From the NCBI GenBank assembly GCA_020725385.1, contig DYFC01000032.1, positions 32,001 through 96,000 of the forward strand: a stretch of DNA of 64,000 nt. Direction: 5' to 3'. The notes under the pieces were generated by a model that searched no databases, was not told where the DNA came from, and saw only the letters and a list, made by a program, of their open reading frames with translations. Of the stretch, positions 17,032-26,624 are shown in pieces (position 1 is the stretch's first letter; each line of letters opens with the position of its first letter). The stretch comes from Nitrospira japonica (GTDB lineage Bacteria > Nitrospirota > Thermodesulfovibrionia > Thermodesulfovibrionales > SM23-35). Both the position numbers and the translations under genes were made by a program.

Positions 17032-20000
17032 CTACACACCTCCTTTATTTTGTTCATCTATTCTTTCCTTCAATATGCCAGGATAAAGCTCAAGCGTATC
17101 AAAAAATAAACCATTATCAATGGTTTCAAGAAGCAAACTCTGCTGCTTATCATCAACTTTAAATTCTTTTTGAATTGAAGCAGTTATGAGACTTATCCAT
17201 ATCTGATAACTATCCGAGGTTTTATCTTCTAAACTTACTCCCCATTCCTTATACTTTGTTAACCAGAGGGACTGCAAATCTCTAAGTTTGGTATCTGTTA
17301 TCCCCTCAAGCTGTTTTCCTTTTAAAAGTTCATCCCAAATGTACATTATCTTTTGGCTCAATTCATCAAGTAAAAATGGCTTTGATTTGAAATCACCCAC
17401 ATTGGATTTGCGTCTGTTATCTTTATTAAGGTGTATATCATGCCTTCTCGTATTACAGTCAAGAAATTCAAAATCATAGTAATTGGGGTAAACCCTTACT
17501 TTGTAGCCACTTTTAAGATCGGAAATATGAACAAGGTCACCCATAAAACTTTTTACAAAAGAAGCTTCTTCTTTATGTGTATCTCCTTCACTGCTTTTTT
17601 TGACCATATATGGATGAAAATAGTCTTCCTTACACATGCCCAAATTGTAATTTATATCCCATGATATATTTTGCTTGTCGAAGGTTATTTTTGTTTTACA
17701 ATCTTCGTTCTTGACGTCCTTAATAGTCCATGTATTTTTGCTTTTTTCCTTCCAGTAATCTTTATTCAAATTCTCAAAGTTCTTAAGCATTCTTTTACCA
17801 GAGTCGAGTATGACAAACATGGGAACTTTTTTATGAAAGAAGATATTTCCTATATTAAAAGAAAGCCTTCCTATGACCTTTCCGAAATATTCTTTATACT
17901 GGGAATATATATAATCTGAGATAGGTATGGCTTTATCAGCTGGAACTATAGCCATCATAATGTCAGGTGTTGTTGTAATAACTCTGAGCGGATAAATTTC
18001 TTTATCATCTATTAACACTTCCCTGATAGTTGTTTCCTGTATTTCATTTTTCTCTTTTTCAAATTCCGATGCCTTGATTCTTATTAGCTTTCCTTCCCAT
18101 TCCTGCCTTTTAACCTCAAAATCTGTTTCTTTATATCCTTCATTCACCACAAAAATGTTATCTCCAGCCCTGTAAATATCTATTTTTATCCCATTTATTT
18201 CAGCTTCATAAATAGCATTTTCCAACTGCAATTGACCAGAATTTTTAAGCTTTAGTTTTAATCTCCTGAAAGGTGCAATGAGTTTTTTATTTTCAAGTGT
18301 CCTCAAATCAAACAGATTCTCAAGGAACTTCCTTGTGGTATTCCAAACATTCAGCAAACGAGATGGAGTATGATTTTTTGTAAGCAAAAAATTGCATAGG
18401 TTAGGTTTATTTCCAAATCTTTTTTCTATTTCAAGCTTCTTATCAATGTTCTTTATCCAATCTTTTATTTTCTGCCAGTTTTCAGGCAGTTGCAGTTCTT
18501 TTCTATGTTTGTCGAATAAATATGATATAGCCTTTAAAAAGTCTTTTTCCTTATTGGTTATAGGTGATTTTCCATCTATTGCTTTATTGATCCTATCAAT
18601 CCACTCACTTATTTTTTCATAATTTATTACAATATCTTTACCTTCATTTTTTTCAATTATGTCCTTACGATTTTTATCATTTTCTTTAAAATCATTAATT
18701 TTTTCGAGATGTTGAATTGCTTCTTTAATGCTTTTTGCTTCTTTTACAAAAAGACTCCACAACATATCGCCACTCAACCATGGTTCAAGTGAAAATTTTG
18801 CAACAATAAGAGCCAGTTTGCCATTTTTATCAGCTATCTCATCACTAAAGATGCTATGGCAGTCGTTTCTTTGCTTTTGTTCCCAAATTCTTCTTTCCTT
18901 ACAGATATTACAGACACTATACTGTGTTGATATAGAAGGTCTCTTGCGGCATACACTGCAAATGGTCTTCTCTTTGACATTATCCCATTGTCTCATCCAT
19001 GATAGTTTATGATTTAACCTTTGATAGGGATATTTGCTTTTTTCTGATATTCTCTTGATAGTATGAACAATCTCCATAACAAAATTTGTCTCTTGCATAT
19101 CTGAAATATCAGTAAATACAGGCTGAATTTCTCCGCCTGTAATTTCATCCGCAGCATCATCAACCACTGTTTTTATTTCTGATAAAAGTTTTATATATTC
19201 AGATGCGGATTCTCTTATTGCCGGGGCTATGAAATATATACCATTATCATCGTCGTAAATATTTGCACATATAGGATATTGATATTCGCAGATTTGTTTT
19301 ATTTTCTCCTTTAAGAGCTTGATTGTTCTTTTTTTAGCAACAATATCGCCGATCTTTTGCCCATCCGATATAAAGGCCATGCCATCCCAGCCAAAACCAA
19401 TAAGGGAGAATTTGGCCCTGTCAAGACTTTGTATCTTTTCGCCGTAAATTAGAAAATGATTAAAAAAGACCTTTGAGAGCGCTGCTGTAACATAGGAATG
19501 CTGCCATAATGTTATATCATTTGCAGGCCTGTTTGTATCAGTCAGTGCAAAATTAAAAGCTTCTTCAACAGCCTTAAATATTTCTATCCTTTCCTTATAA
19601 TGAAAGCTATCAAGATATTTAGGAAGCATATAGTTCAATTTGTTGTATAAAATTTTTCTGATATTATCAAAATCTTCTACGTTCAAAAGGGTCTCATAGC
19701 CAAATACTGTTGAGCCAAATGTCTGCTCTGTAGTTTGCTCCATTACCATAAGAGGATTGTTCCGGTCATCCCTTGTATCAACTGCATCTCCAAGTTTTAA
19801 AAACTGCGCTATTTCATCTTTCGGTTTTGTATGTTGGTACATCAGGTTTTTTAATGAAATTACCGTATTTATCTGAAAACCGCTTCTATATATATTTGTG
19901 CTCCCGGCATAAGAACTGATTTTCTTATTAAGGCATTCGTTGAGGGGTCTCAAATATTCATTGCTTAATAAATTGTCTTTGTCAAAGAAATTATCCTCAT

Positions 20001-20148
20001 GAGGGTCATTCATCCCTGTTTTCTTCTGCCACCTTCTCCGATAATATATGAATTCGGATGAAAGCTTTCCTGTATCGTGCAATAAACCTGCTAACTCCAA
20101 AATGAAAATCAGTCTTTTGTTTTTTTCAATATTTTCTATCAATGACAT
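17032..20148 (-). CDS. cas10: Cas10, type III-C (Csx11/MTH326-like): HD motif present, no GGDD cyclase motif
   Basis: LAGLLHDTGK; DTNRPANDITLWQHSY; CSVC...CNIC Zn finger; PSRL; GGDD position apparently replaced by TTPD; YPNYYDFEFLD. Confidence 0.88.
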   Translation of the reverse strand: MSLIENIEKNKRLIFILELAGLLHDTGKLSSEFIYYRRRWQKKTGMNDPHEDNFFDKDNLLSNEYLRPLNECLNKKISSYAGSTNIYRSGFQINTVISLKNLMYQHTKPKDEIAQFLKLGDAVDTRDDRNNPLMVMEQTTEQTFGSTVFGYETLLNVEDFDNIRKILYNKLNYMLPKYLDSFHYKERIEIFKAVEEAFNFALTDTNRPANDITLWQHSYVTAALSKVFFNHFLIYGEKIQSLDRAKFSLIGFGWDGMAFISDGQKIGDIVAKKRTIKLLKEKIKQICEYQYPICANIYDDDNGIYFIAPAIRESASEYIKLLSEIKTVVDDAADEITGGEIQPVFTDISDMQETNFVMEIVHTIKRISEKSKYPYQRLNHKLSWMRQWDNVKEKTICSVCRKRPSISTQYSVCNICKERRIWEQKQRNDCHSIFSDEIADKNGKLALIVAKFSLEPWLSGDMLWSLFVKEAKSIKEAIQHLEKINDFKENDKNRKDIIEKNEGKDIVINYEKISEWIDRINKAIDGKSPITNKEKDFLKAISYLFDKHRKELQLPENWQKIKDWIKNIDKKLEIEKRFGNKPNLCNFLLTKNHTPSRLLNVWNTTRKFLENLFDLRTLENKKLIAPFRRLKLKLKNSGQLQLENAIYEAEINGIKIDIYRAGDNIFVVNEGYKETDFEVKRQEWEGKLIRIKASEFEKEKNEIQETTIREVLIDDKEIYPLRVITTTPDIMMAIVPADKAIPISDYIYSQYKEYFGKVIGRLSFNIGNIFFHKKVPMFVILDSGKRMLKNFENLNKDYWKEKSKNTWTIKDVKNEDCKTKITFDKQNISWDINYNLGMCKEDYFHPYMVKKSSEGDTHKEEASFVKSFMGDLVHISDLKSGYKVRVYPNYYDFEFLDCNTRRHDIHLNKDNRRKSNVGDFKSKPFLLDELSQKIMYIWDELLKGKQLEGITDTKLRDLQSLWLTKYKEWGVSLEDKTSDSYQIWISLITASIQKEFKVDDKQQSLLLETIDNGLFFDTLELYPGILKERIDEQNKGGV

Positions 20149-20161
20149 AACATTACCCCTA

Positions 20162-21331
20162 CTAATCGTCTTTGTTCACAAGGCTAACCGCATTTGCAAT
20201 TATCTTTTCAAGCCCGTCAAAATCATTATAATTCTTTTCTGTTAGAGGAATGCCTGACATATCAAATAATCCCTCTGAAAATGAATCAAAAATTATTCCA
20301 AACCCGCTGCTTTTCTTGGCAGAAAAGCCATAGGTAAGCATCATATCTTTCAAAGAGTTATAAACAATATCTAAATCTTCAATAACATCTTTTCTGAGCT
20401 TATCAGGCTTTCCTATCAGGTCAAACGGGACATAAAGAATGCTGAAAGTGCCTGTTGCATTTTCAGGCACACATTCGATATAAATGGGCAGAGTTCCTGC
20501 CTTTGTCTTTCTGTCATGCGGATTGATAACTTCAAGACCAATCTGATTGAAAAATGTGGGATGAAAATTAAGTCTGCCCCGCCGTCCTTCGACCTTTGGA
20601 TCTATATATCCTTTATCTTTAAGCAGCTTCTGAAAATTTTCTGATATATATTTTCTTTTCTCTTTAAAAAGCTCAACATTCTGCTTTTCATCTTCAGTAC
20701 AAAATGCTTCGGCTAATATGGTATCAAGATAATTTTCTATTGAGTCTTTTTCATAACCGAAGAGACGAACCATCTGTGCCCTGCAATAGAGAAAATCTTT
20801 AATCTCTTCTTGAGTTAGTGTTTCTGGCAAGCTGTCTGCAAAAAGTTTCATCGCTACCCATCGCATATTTCCTTTCCACGAACTTCCCGATACCATTGGA
20901 ACCTTGAATACTTTATCTTTCCTGACAGGATTGTCAATGATATAAAACTCCTCATCGTCTCTGGAAATATATGGCTTTGAAAGAGTAAAGGTGAATTGGA
21001 GGAAAAAGGAAAATCTGGGTAGTTTATAAATATTCTCTATAAAATAAGGTCTATAAAGGTTTAAGTTTTTCAGTTTTGTTATTTCATCATTTATTAAATT
21101 ATTATATTTCCCTCTGTGGATTATGAATTTATGACCTTTTGGATCTCTAATGTTATCCCCATTTTTTGCATAGTTTCTGATGTTGTTGTTTTTATTAAGG
21201 CAGGTTGCCAATAATTTTACCCGAGAATATATATTTATAATTTCCCCAAATTTATCATTTCCATTAACGCATTTATCTATATCAGATTTATCATGAATGA
21301 CATCATATTCTAAAAACCAATCAAAGCTCAT
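20162..21331 (-). CDS. cmr6: Type III-C RAMP Cmr6-like
   Basis: LSKPYISRDD, PMVSGSSWKGNMR, RLFG, EVINPHDR and YGFSAKKSSGFG motifs. Confidence 0.8.
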   Translation of the reverse strand: MSFDWFLEYDVIHDKSDIDKCVNGNDKFGEIINIYSRVKLLATCLNKNNNIRNYAKNGDNIRDPKGHKFIIHRGKYNNLINDEITKLKNLNLYRPYFIENIYKLPRFSFFLQFTFTLSKPYISRDDEEFYIIDNPVRKDKVFKVPMVSGSSWKGNMRWVAMKLFADSLPETLTQEEIKDFLYCRAQMVRLFGYEKDSIENYLDTILAEAFCTEDEKQNVELFKEKRKYISENFQKLLKDKGYIDPKVEGRRGRLNFHPTFFNQIGLEVINPHDRKTKAGTLPIYIECVPENATGTFSILYVPFDLIGKPDKLRKDVIEDLDIVYNSLKDMMLTYGFSAKKSSGFGIIFDSFSEGLFDMSGIPLTEKNYNDFDGLEKIIANAVSLVNKDD

Positions 21332-22445
21332 TCAACACCTCCTCGCCTGTCTTTATAATGCATTCACTCTTCTTTTCATTCAATTGTGCTTCTATCATTT
21401 TTTTAACATCATCTCTTTCCTCTTGGCTTCTCCCATATCCAAAACATCGCTTTATACCTGGAATCTCTTTGTTGCAATCTTTAGGATCAATTCCATGGAA
21501 AGAAAATATTTTTTTACTCTCATTCTGAGTTTTTTCAATACCACGTCTTTGAATTTCATTAAGTAAACAGGGAGAAAAATATTTTTTATCTTCGTCTCCA
21601 TATCCACCCCAAAAAGCTTGCATTTCAGATGGATCATCTATATAACATCCGTCAAATTTTCCCTTGCTATAAGGCGTTGGGGTATTATTACGGCAGATGA
21701 TTTTGTTATGCGTTTCTCTATCAATACAACAATCTTTTATAAACCAGAAATACTTTAAGTCAGGCCAATCTTTATTATTTTTTTTCTCAAGATTAACTTT
21801 ATTCTGGTTGATGTAAGCCAAGACTGTTTTGCAATCTGTATCGGAAGACGGCTTATCAGAAAGAAATGCGATAAGTCCATAATCAAAATGATGTTTTTTA
21901 ATTCTTCTGTTTTTATCTGTATATTGTTCTGTATTTTTAACAATTTCTTCAGAAGGCTTTTGTGTTGTCTTTCCCCCTATGGCTCCATAGTTAACAATTA
22001 ATTTTAAGATCATTTTTAATAAATTTTTTTCAGCTTCCTCAAATGCCTTTTTTTCTATAAAATGTAAATCAAACAGAATATCTCTTGAATTAAGGGAAAC
22101 TAAATTTGTCATTTTATCTGGTTCGGTTATTCTCAGAATAAATTTTCCGCTCCATCCGGTGCAACCAAACAAATAGCAGGCAGGACAGATTTTTTGTTTA
22201 ACTTTTTTGTTTAGTAGTTCCCTTTCTTTTTTTTCTTTGTCTGTAAGTTTTAGTTCACAACGTTTGAATTCAAGCGAATCATCTGTAGGATCACAGGCAT
22301 ACCCTCCTAATCCCCTTATCAATGCTTCATACCACCATCTTATTGACCCCCTAATTCCTGTTATGTGAAGTTTGTCAGGTTTCCCGTCCACACCTCCTGT
22401 CCAGATCGGGGTCAATGTTTTTAATTTAAATACCAAACCATTCAT
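21321..22445 (-). CDS. cmr1: Type III RAMP Cmr1
   Basis: LKTLTPIWTGG, GIRGSIRWWYEALIRG, CPACYLFGCTGW and GAIGGKT motifs. Confidence 0.9.
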   Translation of the reverse strand: MNGLVFKLKTLTPIWTGGVDGKPDKLHITGIRGSIRWWYEALIRGLGGYACDPTDDSLEFKRCELKLTDKEKKERELLNKKVKQKICPACYLFGCTGWSGKFILRITEPDKMTNLVSLNSRDILFDLHFIEKKAFEEAEKNLLKMILKLIVNYGAIGGKTTQKPSEEIVKNTEQYTDKNRRIKKHHFDYGLIAFLSDKPSSDTDCKTVLAYINQNKVNLEKKNNKDWPDLKYFWFIKDCCIDRETHNKIICRNNTPTPYSKGKFDGCYIDDPSEMQAFWGGYGDEDKKYFSPCLLNEIQRRGIEKTQNESKKIFSFHGIDPKDCNKEIPGIKRCFGYGRSQEERDDVKKMIEAQLNEKKSECIIKTGEEVLNEL

Positions 22446-22522
22446 TTGTCCTCCTTCCCAATATCGTGCAGTAATGCAGCCAGAACAACTGTGTTATATT
22501 CCCTCTGATCAAACCCATTCAT
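22442..22522 (-). pseudogene. 26-codon remnant of a Csm1-like Cas10 N-terminus
   Basis: MNGFDQREYNTVVLAALLHDIGKEDK*; GGGAG RBS; stop overlaps cmr1 start (ATGA). Not in the ORF track. Confidence 0.75.
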
Positions 22523-22540
22523 AAGCTTCTCCCTATAAAA

Positions 22541-22750
22541 ACAATTCAAAATTCAAGATTCAATATTCAAGAATCGGAAGAAAGACCACAGAATTATATT
22601 CTCTTTCGTCTATCTCTATCCTGCCTCCGATAAGAATAAATTCAATATGCAAAATTCAAAACCTCAAATTTATGATTCAAAACCGGCAGATTTAAAATTC
22701 AAAAAACTAATCCCGCTCATTCCTGAATCTTGAATTTTGAATCTTGAATT
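22541..22750. repeat. Heptamer-periodic tracts (TTCAAAA/TTCAAGA) in both orientations, downstream of four-helix gene 2
   Basis: Examples: AATTCAAAATTCAAGATTCAATATTCAAG at ~22543 and TGAATCTTGAATTTTGAATCTTGAATT at ~22724. Confidence 0.8.
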
Positions 22751-23183
22751 GTTTTGTTATTTCTTCAACTTCGTCTCTCATACTCTTGTATTCTTTTTTA
22801 TATTTCTCGCCCTTTAGTTTCGACCCCTTTAAATAATCGATAAATCCGCTTAACTGACTGGATACGTCCCTTGCCAATGCGATGCCATTCTGAAATTCCC
22901 GTTCTGTGATGTAATCCTGATCCTTTGCGATATAGAGCTGGGTTCTTGTCTCGCCTGCCGACCCTTTTGCGATGAAGAGGAACTGGATGAACTCTGTGTT
23001 CGAGCCGCGTTCAAAGCCTTCGGCGATATTGGACATGACAGAGGCCGATGCACGCCTGATCTGATCTACAAGGCTGAAGTCTTTGCTGAACGCATGTTTT
23101 TTCGTGAGGTTATAAACATACCGGACCAATTCACGCGCCTTTTGCCAGACAGGAAGTTCCTCGAAACTTTTCGGCATATCCAC
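22707..23183 (-). CDS. Four-helix bundle protein (TIGR02436 / Avd-like), second homolog
   Basis: FEELPVWQKA...DQIRRASASVMSNIAEGFERG...FLFIAKGSAGE; core is GC-richer than neighbours. Confidence 0.93.
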   Translation of the reverse strand: MDMPKSFEELPVWQKARELVRYVYNLTKKHAFSKDFSLVDQIRRASASVMSNIAEGFERGSNTEFIQFLFIAKGSAGETRTQLYIAKDQDYITEREFQNGIALARDVSSQLSGFIDYLKGSKLKGEKYKKEYKSMRDEVEEITKQFKIQNSRFRNERD

Positions 23184-23190
23184 TCCTTAA

Positions 23191-23326
23191 TAAAACTCAA
23201 GATTCAAGATTTAATATTCAAAACTTAAAGCTCGAAACTCAAGGCCAAACCTTAAACATGAAATTCAACATTTAAAAATCAAATTAGGAACCGGTATCTT
23301 GAATTTTGAGTTTTGAATTTTGAATG
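23191..23326. repeat. Heptamer-periodic tracts upstream of four-helix gene 2 and in the cas6 3' end
   Basis: AACTCAAGATTCAAGATTTAATATTCAAAACTTAAAG... and inverted TCTTGAATTTTGAGTTTTGAATTTTGAAT. Confidence 0.8.
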
Positions 23327-24288
23327 CTATACTTTCCCAATCCAAACCCCGTTCCTTTCCCTATATGCAAAACTTCACCCGCTTTTATTATGGGTATAAA
23401 CGGTTCAATCTTCCCTTCAAAAGTAATTTCTCCGACAAAACCACCCATATTTATCTTTGTATTCTGTCTGGCTGAATATCTCTTCCATCTGTACCATCTT
23501 AGTTTATTTTCTTTTACTTTTATGTTTTTTGACTTTTCGATTAGACCGTTGAAATTCCATCCAGATGGATCACCATTACAATGAAAGTAGTAAAGAAGAG
23601 ACAATCTTCGTAAAAGATTTCTTATTAAAATATGAAATTCAAGATCAAGGGTGAGCCGACCATCGTAAAGAATTCTTGCGGGAGTCAAAAATGAAAGTGA
23701 GATTGTCATGTTGCGCCACTCTGAATCAGAGTCATTCACAACAGTATTATCTAAAATCAGAGAAGAAGTTTTGAAAGACTTCAGGGTTTTAGTCTCAGAA
23801 TCGTAAATCTTTTCACCATTGCAGGAAACATTTTTCAATTCATATTTTGTTTTGTCTTTAGTTATTCCGGTTCTGCCGAGTTCATCAAAGGTATAAATAA
23901 AATATGGCAGGTATTCTATTGCTTTCCCGATTAATATTAAACCGAATTTTATTTCATCGCCCGGCTTATATCCCCTTCTTTTTTCAGGAGGCGGTTCTAT
24001 TACAAAAGGGTGGGGTGTAGCTTCATATTTCCTCATAATTTCTGTACCGGGTGGCGGCGGGGTTTCAAATATGTATGAATAAGCACATTTTTCTTTGAGA
24101 AAACATACAGCGCATTCATTATTTTTTGCAATACAGACCAAACGTTTGAAAACAGACCCGAAACCTCCCCTGAATGTCGAGCCTTTGTAGGCAGGTAGAA
24201 TTAGCGGATTGTTTGGAACAATAGTGAATAAGAAATTCCCGAACTTAAGTAAAATAGGTTTTGTATTAGTCTCTGCCAAACTTTCCAC
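23284..24288 (-). CDS. cas6: CRISPR pre-crRNA endoribonuclease Cas6
   Basis: YKGSTFRGGFG, CxxCxxxxxC.YSYIFE, PHPFVIEP and C-terminal HIGKGTGFGLG glycine loop. Confidence 0.93.
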   Translation of the reverse strand: MESLAETNTKPILLKFGNFLFTIVPNNPLILPAYKGSTFRGGFGSVFKRLVCIAKNNECAVCFLKEKCAYSYIFETPPPPGTEIMRKYEATPHPFVIEPPPEKRRGYKPGDEIKFGLILIGKAIEYLPYFIYTFDELGRTGITKDKTKYELKNVSCNGEKIYDSETKTLKSFKTSSLILDNTVVNDSDSEWRNMTISLSFLTPARILYDGRLTLDLEFHILIRNLLRRLSLLYYFHCNGDPSGWNFNGLIEKSKNIKVKENKLRWYRWKRYSARQNTKINMGGFVGEITFEGKIEPFIPIIKAGEVLHIGKGTGFGLGKYSIQNSKLKIQDTGS

Positions 24289-24374
24289 CTATTTATAATT
24301 CCCCCGCTAAAAACAATAGCGGTTAAATAATATCATAAATAGGCTTATGAAATCATCAAATATCTTGTTTAATC

Positions 24375-25625
24375 TTACAATGCATCTTTTGCGGTAGCTT
24401 TTATTACCTCCTTGATGTTTTTATCAAGAAATTCCGGGATATATGGAATATCCAGATTTAAAAAGCCTGAAGTAATGACCGAAACTGCGTCATCTTTTGA
24501 TATTCCTCTTGACATTAGATATTCAACCTGTTCTTCTGCAATTGGACCTATGGATGCTTCATGCGAAAGCTCTGATTTCATGGAACCTTCAGAAACAAGT
24601 TCCGGTATAGCGAATATTTTTGATTTTTTAGAGAATAGTATGCCTCTACAATCAAGATGGGCAAGACAATATCCTTTTGTTGTTGCTATGAGGTCTCCTC
24701 TTGAATAAATAACACTCTCATCAGCCCCGATTGTTCTGGCAACAGATTCACCTCTTGTATTCTCACCTTCAAGAATTATCCTCGAACCGAGATCAATATA
24801 TGAATCCTTCAATCCGTAAATTACTGTGTTGAATTTTGCAGAGGAACGGTCTCCTTTTAAATGAGCAACAGGAAAAGATTGAATTGATTTTACAGGTTTA
24901 AGAAGAACATAGTTATTAATATACGAGCCATCTTCTTCAACTATGATTTTTGTTCTTGGCCTCACATGAAAATTATCTGCCCAGTTATGTATCATTGTGA
25001 AAAATAGTTTTCCACCCTTTTTGATATAAAATTCTGAGATTCCAAGATGTATTCCTTCAGCATCATTTTTTGATAAGGAACATCCTGTAATTACCTGCAA
25101 TTCAGCACCTTCTTCAACAATTATTATATTGTGGACATTCTGGCTTACGTAGTTTTCAGCTACGAGCAAACAGGATTGTACCGGATATTGGGGTTTCTGA
25201 TTCGGAAAAACACGTATAAAATATCCATGAGTCATGTTTAAAGCGACCTGTGCTGTATATTTATCCATATCAACAGGAACAGCTTTCCAGAAGTACTCTT
25301 CCATCCAGTCGTATTTTTCAAGAGCATCCGGCGTACTCATTATCTCAAGCTGTCCTTCGTAAGATTTATTCAGGCTCTCATAAACTACAGACTGGTCTAT
25401 CTGCATATAGGAGCCAGCACGCTCTTTTTCCTCAAGACTGATGCCGGTTAAAATTGCAGCTTCTTTAACCTGTCTTGAAAGGCTTTCAAGACTCTCGATT
25501 TTGCCTCTTTCGATATGTTGTGTATATTTTTCAATGTCAATGTCAGGTCCGTAAAGCGCTTTTTTATCCTTTGCTTTTAATGCTTTTTCCTCTATCTCTT
25601 TTAAATATTCCCTTCTTACCGGCAT
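24375..25625 (-). CDS. SufB/SufD family Fe-S scaffold protein (SmsB-like)
   Basis: QNVHNIIIVEEGAELQVITGC, HLDCRGIL, ELSHEASIG and YLMSRG motifs. ATG at 25625 follows AGGAGG. Confidence 0.9.
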   Translation of the reverse strand: MPVRREYLKEIEEKALKAKDKKALYGPDIDIEKYTQHIERGKIESLESLSRQVKEAAILTGISLEEKERAGSYMQIDQSVVYESLNKSYEGQLEIMSTPDALEKYDWMEEYFWKAVPVDMDKYTAQVALNMTHGYFIRVFPNQKPQYPVQSCLLVAENYVSQNVHNIIIVEEGAELQVITGCSLSKNDAEGIHLGISEFYIKKGGKLFFTMIHNWADNFHVRPRTKIIVEEDGSYINNYVLLKPVKSIQSFPVAHLKGDRSSAKFNTVIYGLKDSYIDLGSRIILEGENTRGESVARTIGADESVIYSRGDLIATTKGYCLAHLDCRGILFSKKSKIFAIPELVSEGSMKSELSHEASIGPIAEEQVEYLMSRGISKDDAVSVITSGFLNLDIPYIPEFLDKNIKEVIKATAKDAL

Positions 25626-26353
25626 TCTGCGCACCTCCTGTACCCGTGCTTTTTAATTTCTGAAAGAATATCCCTCGGATTTCCCCTGCAAAGAAGTTTG
25701 CCATCAAAAACAATATATCCCTTATCAGCATTTACAAAATCAAGAATGTATCCTGTATGGGTGATGATTATTGCACTACGTTTTTTATCTTTTACTTTGT
25801 CTTTTCCGAGCAAAGAATTTATTGCCTCACCAACTAAAGCAATATTTTCAATATCAACACCTGACTCGGGTTCATCTATTAATACAAGATCCGGCCTCTG
25901 CACCATTAATTGAAGCAATTCAGAGCGCTTCATCTCTCCACCTGAAAAGCCGTCATTCAAACCTCTGTGCATATGCCCGGAGAGATTTAACTTATCTATT
26001 ATAGAATCAAGATATTCTCTGCTCCGTCCATTTGTATTAATGATTCCAATCAATTTTTCAAGGCTTACACCTTTAACTGTAGGCGGTCTTTGAAAAGATA
26101 TTCCAAGCCCGAGTTTTGCCCTTTCATACAGGTCAAGATGAGTTATATCTTCGCCCTTGAAATATATCTTTCCCTGCTCGACTTTGTATTTCGGGAATCC
26201 CATTAATGTCATCATTAAAGTTGTTTTTCCAGCGCCATTTGGACCAAAAAGCACATTTATCTCTCCATAATTCATTGAAAAATAAACGCCTTTTAATACC
26301 TGTCTATCTTCGATAGAAACCCACAGGTCTTCGGTTTTTAACATTTCTTCCAT
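25616..26353 (-). CDS. sufC: SufC-like Fe-S assembly ABC ATPase (SmsC-like)
   Basis: GPNGAGKT, GFSGGEMKR, DEPESGVD and C-terminal CxxC. ATG at 26353 follows AGGAGG. Confidence 0.9.
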   Translation of the reverse strand: MEEMLKTEDLWVSIEDRQVLKGVYFSMNYGEINVLFGPNGAGKTTLMMTLMGFPKYKVEQGKIYFKGEDITHLDLYERAKLGLGISFQRPPTVKGVSLEKLIGIINTNGRSREYLDSIIDKLNLSGHMHRGLNDGFSGGEMKRSELLQLMVQRPDLVLIDEPESGVDIENIALVGEAINSLLGKDKVKDKKRSAIIITHTGYILDFVNADKGYIVFDGKLLCRGNPRDILSEIKKHGYRRCAECR

Positions 26354-26624
26354 TTTAATACCTCCTAAAAACTTAACAGGAAAGGACATTTTATAATCTT
26401 ACCTTTTTTATTTTCTTAGTATATAATTAAACTTATCTTTTTATAAAGAAAATATTTTATAAATTAATTTGTCTTTCTTGCGGGCTATTGACAAATTCTT
26501 TAATATTTTTGTATGTTATGAAAAGAACATCTACTTTAAATAAATGTATAAACCTTCCTGGATAGGCAAAGTCCTACCGGGTTACAAAACCACCAAAACA
26601 TAATCCAATAGGAGTTAATTAATT

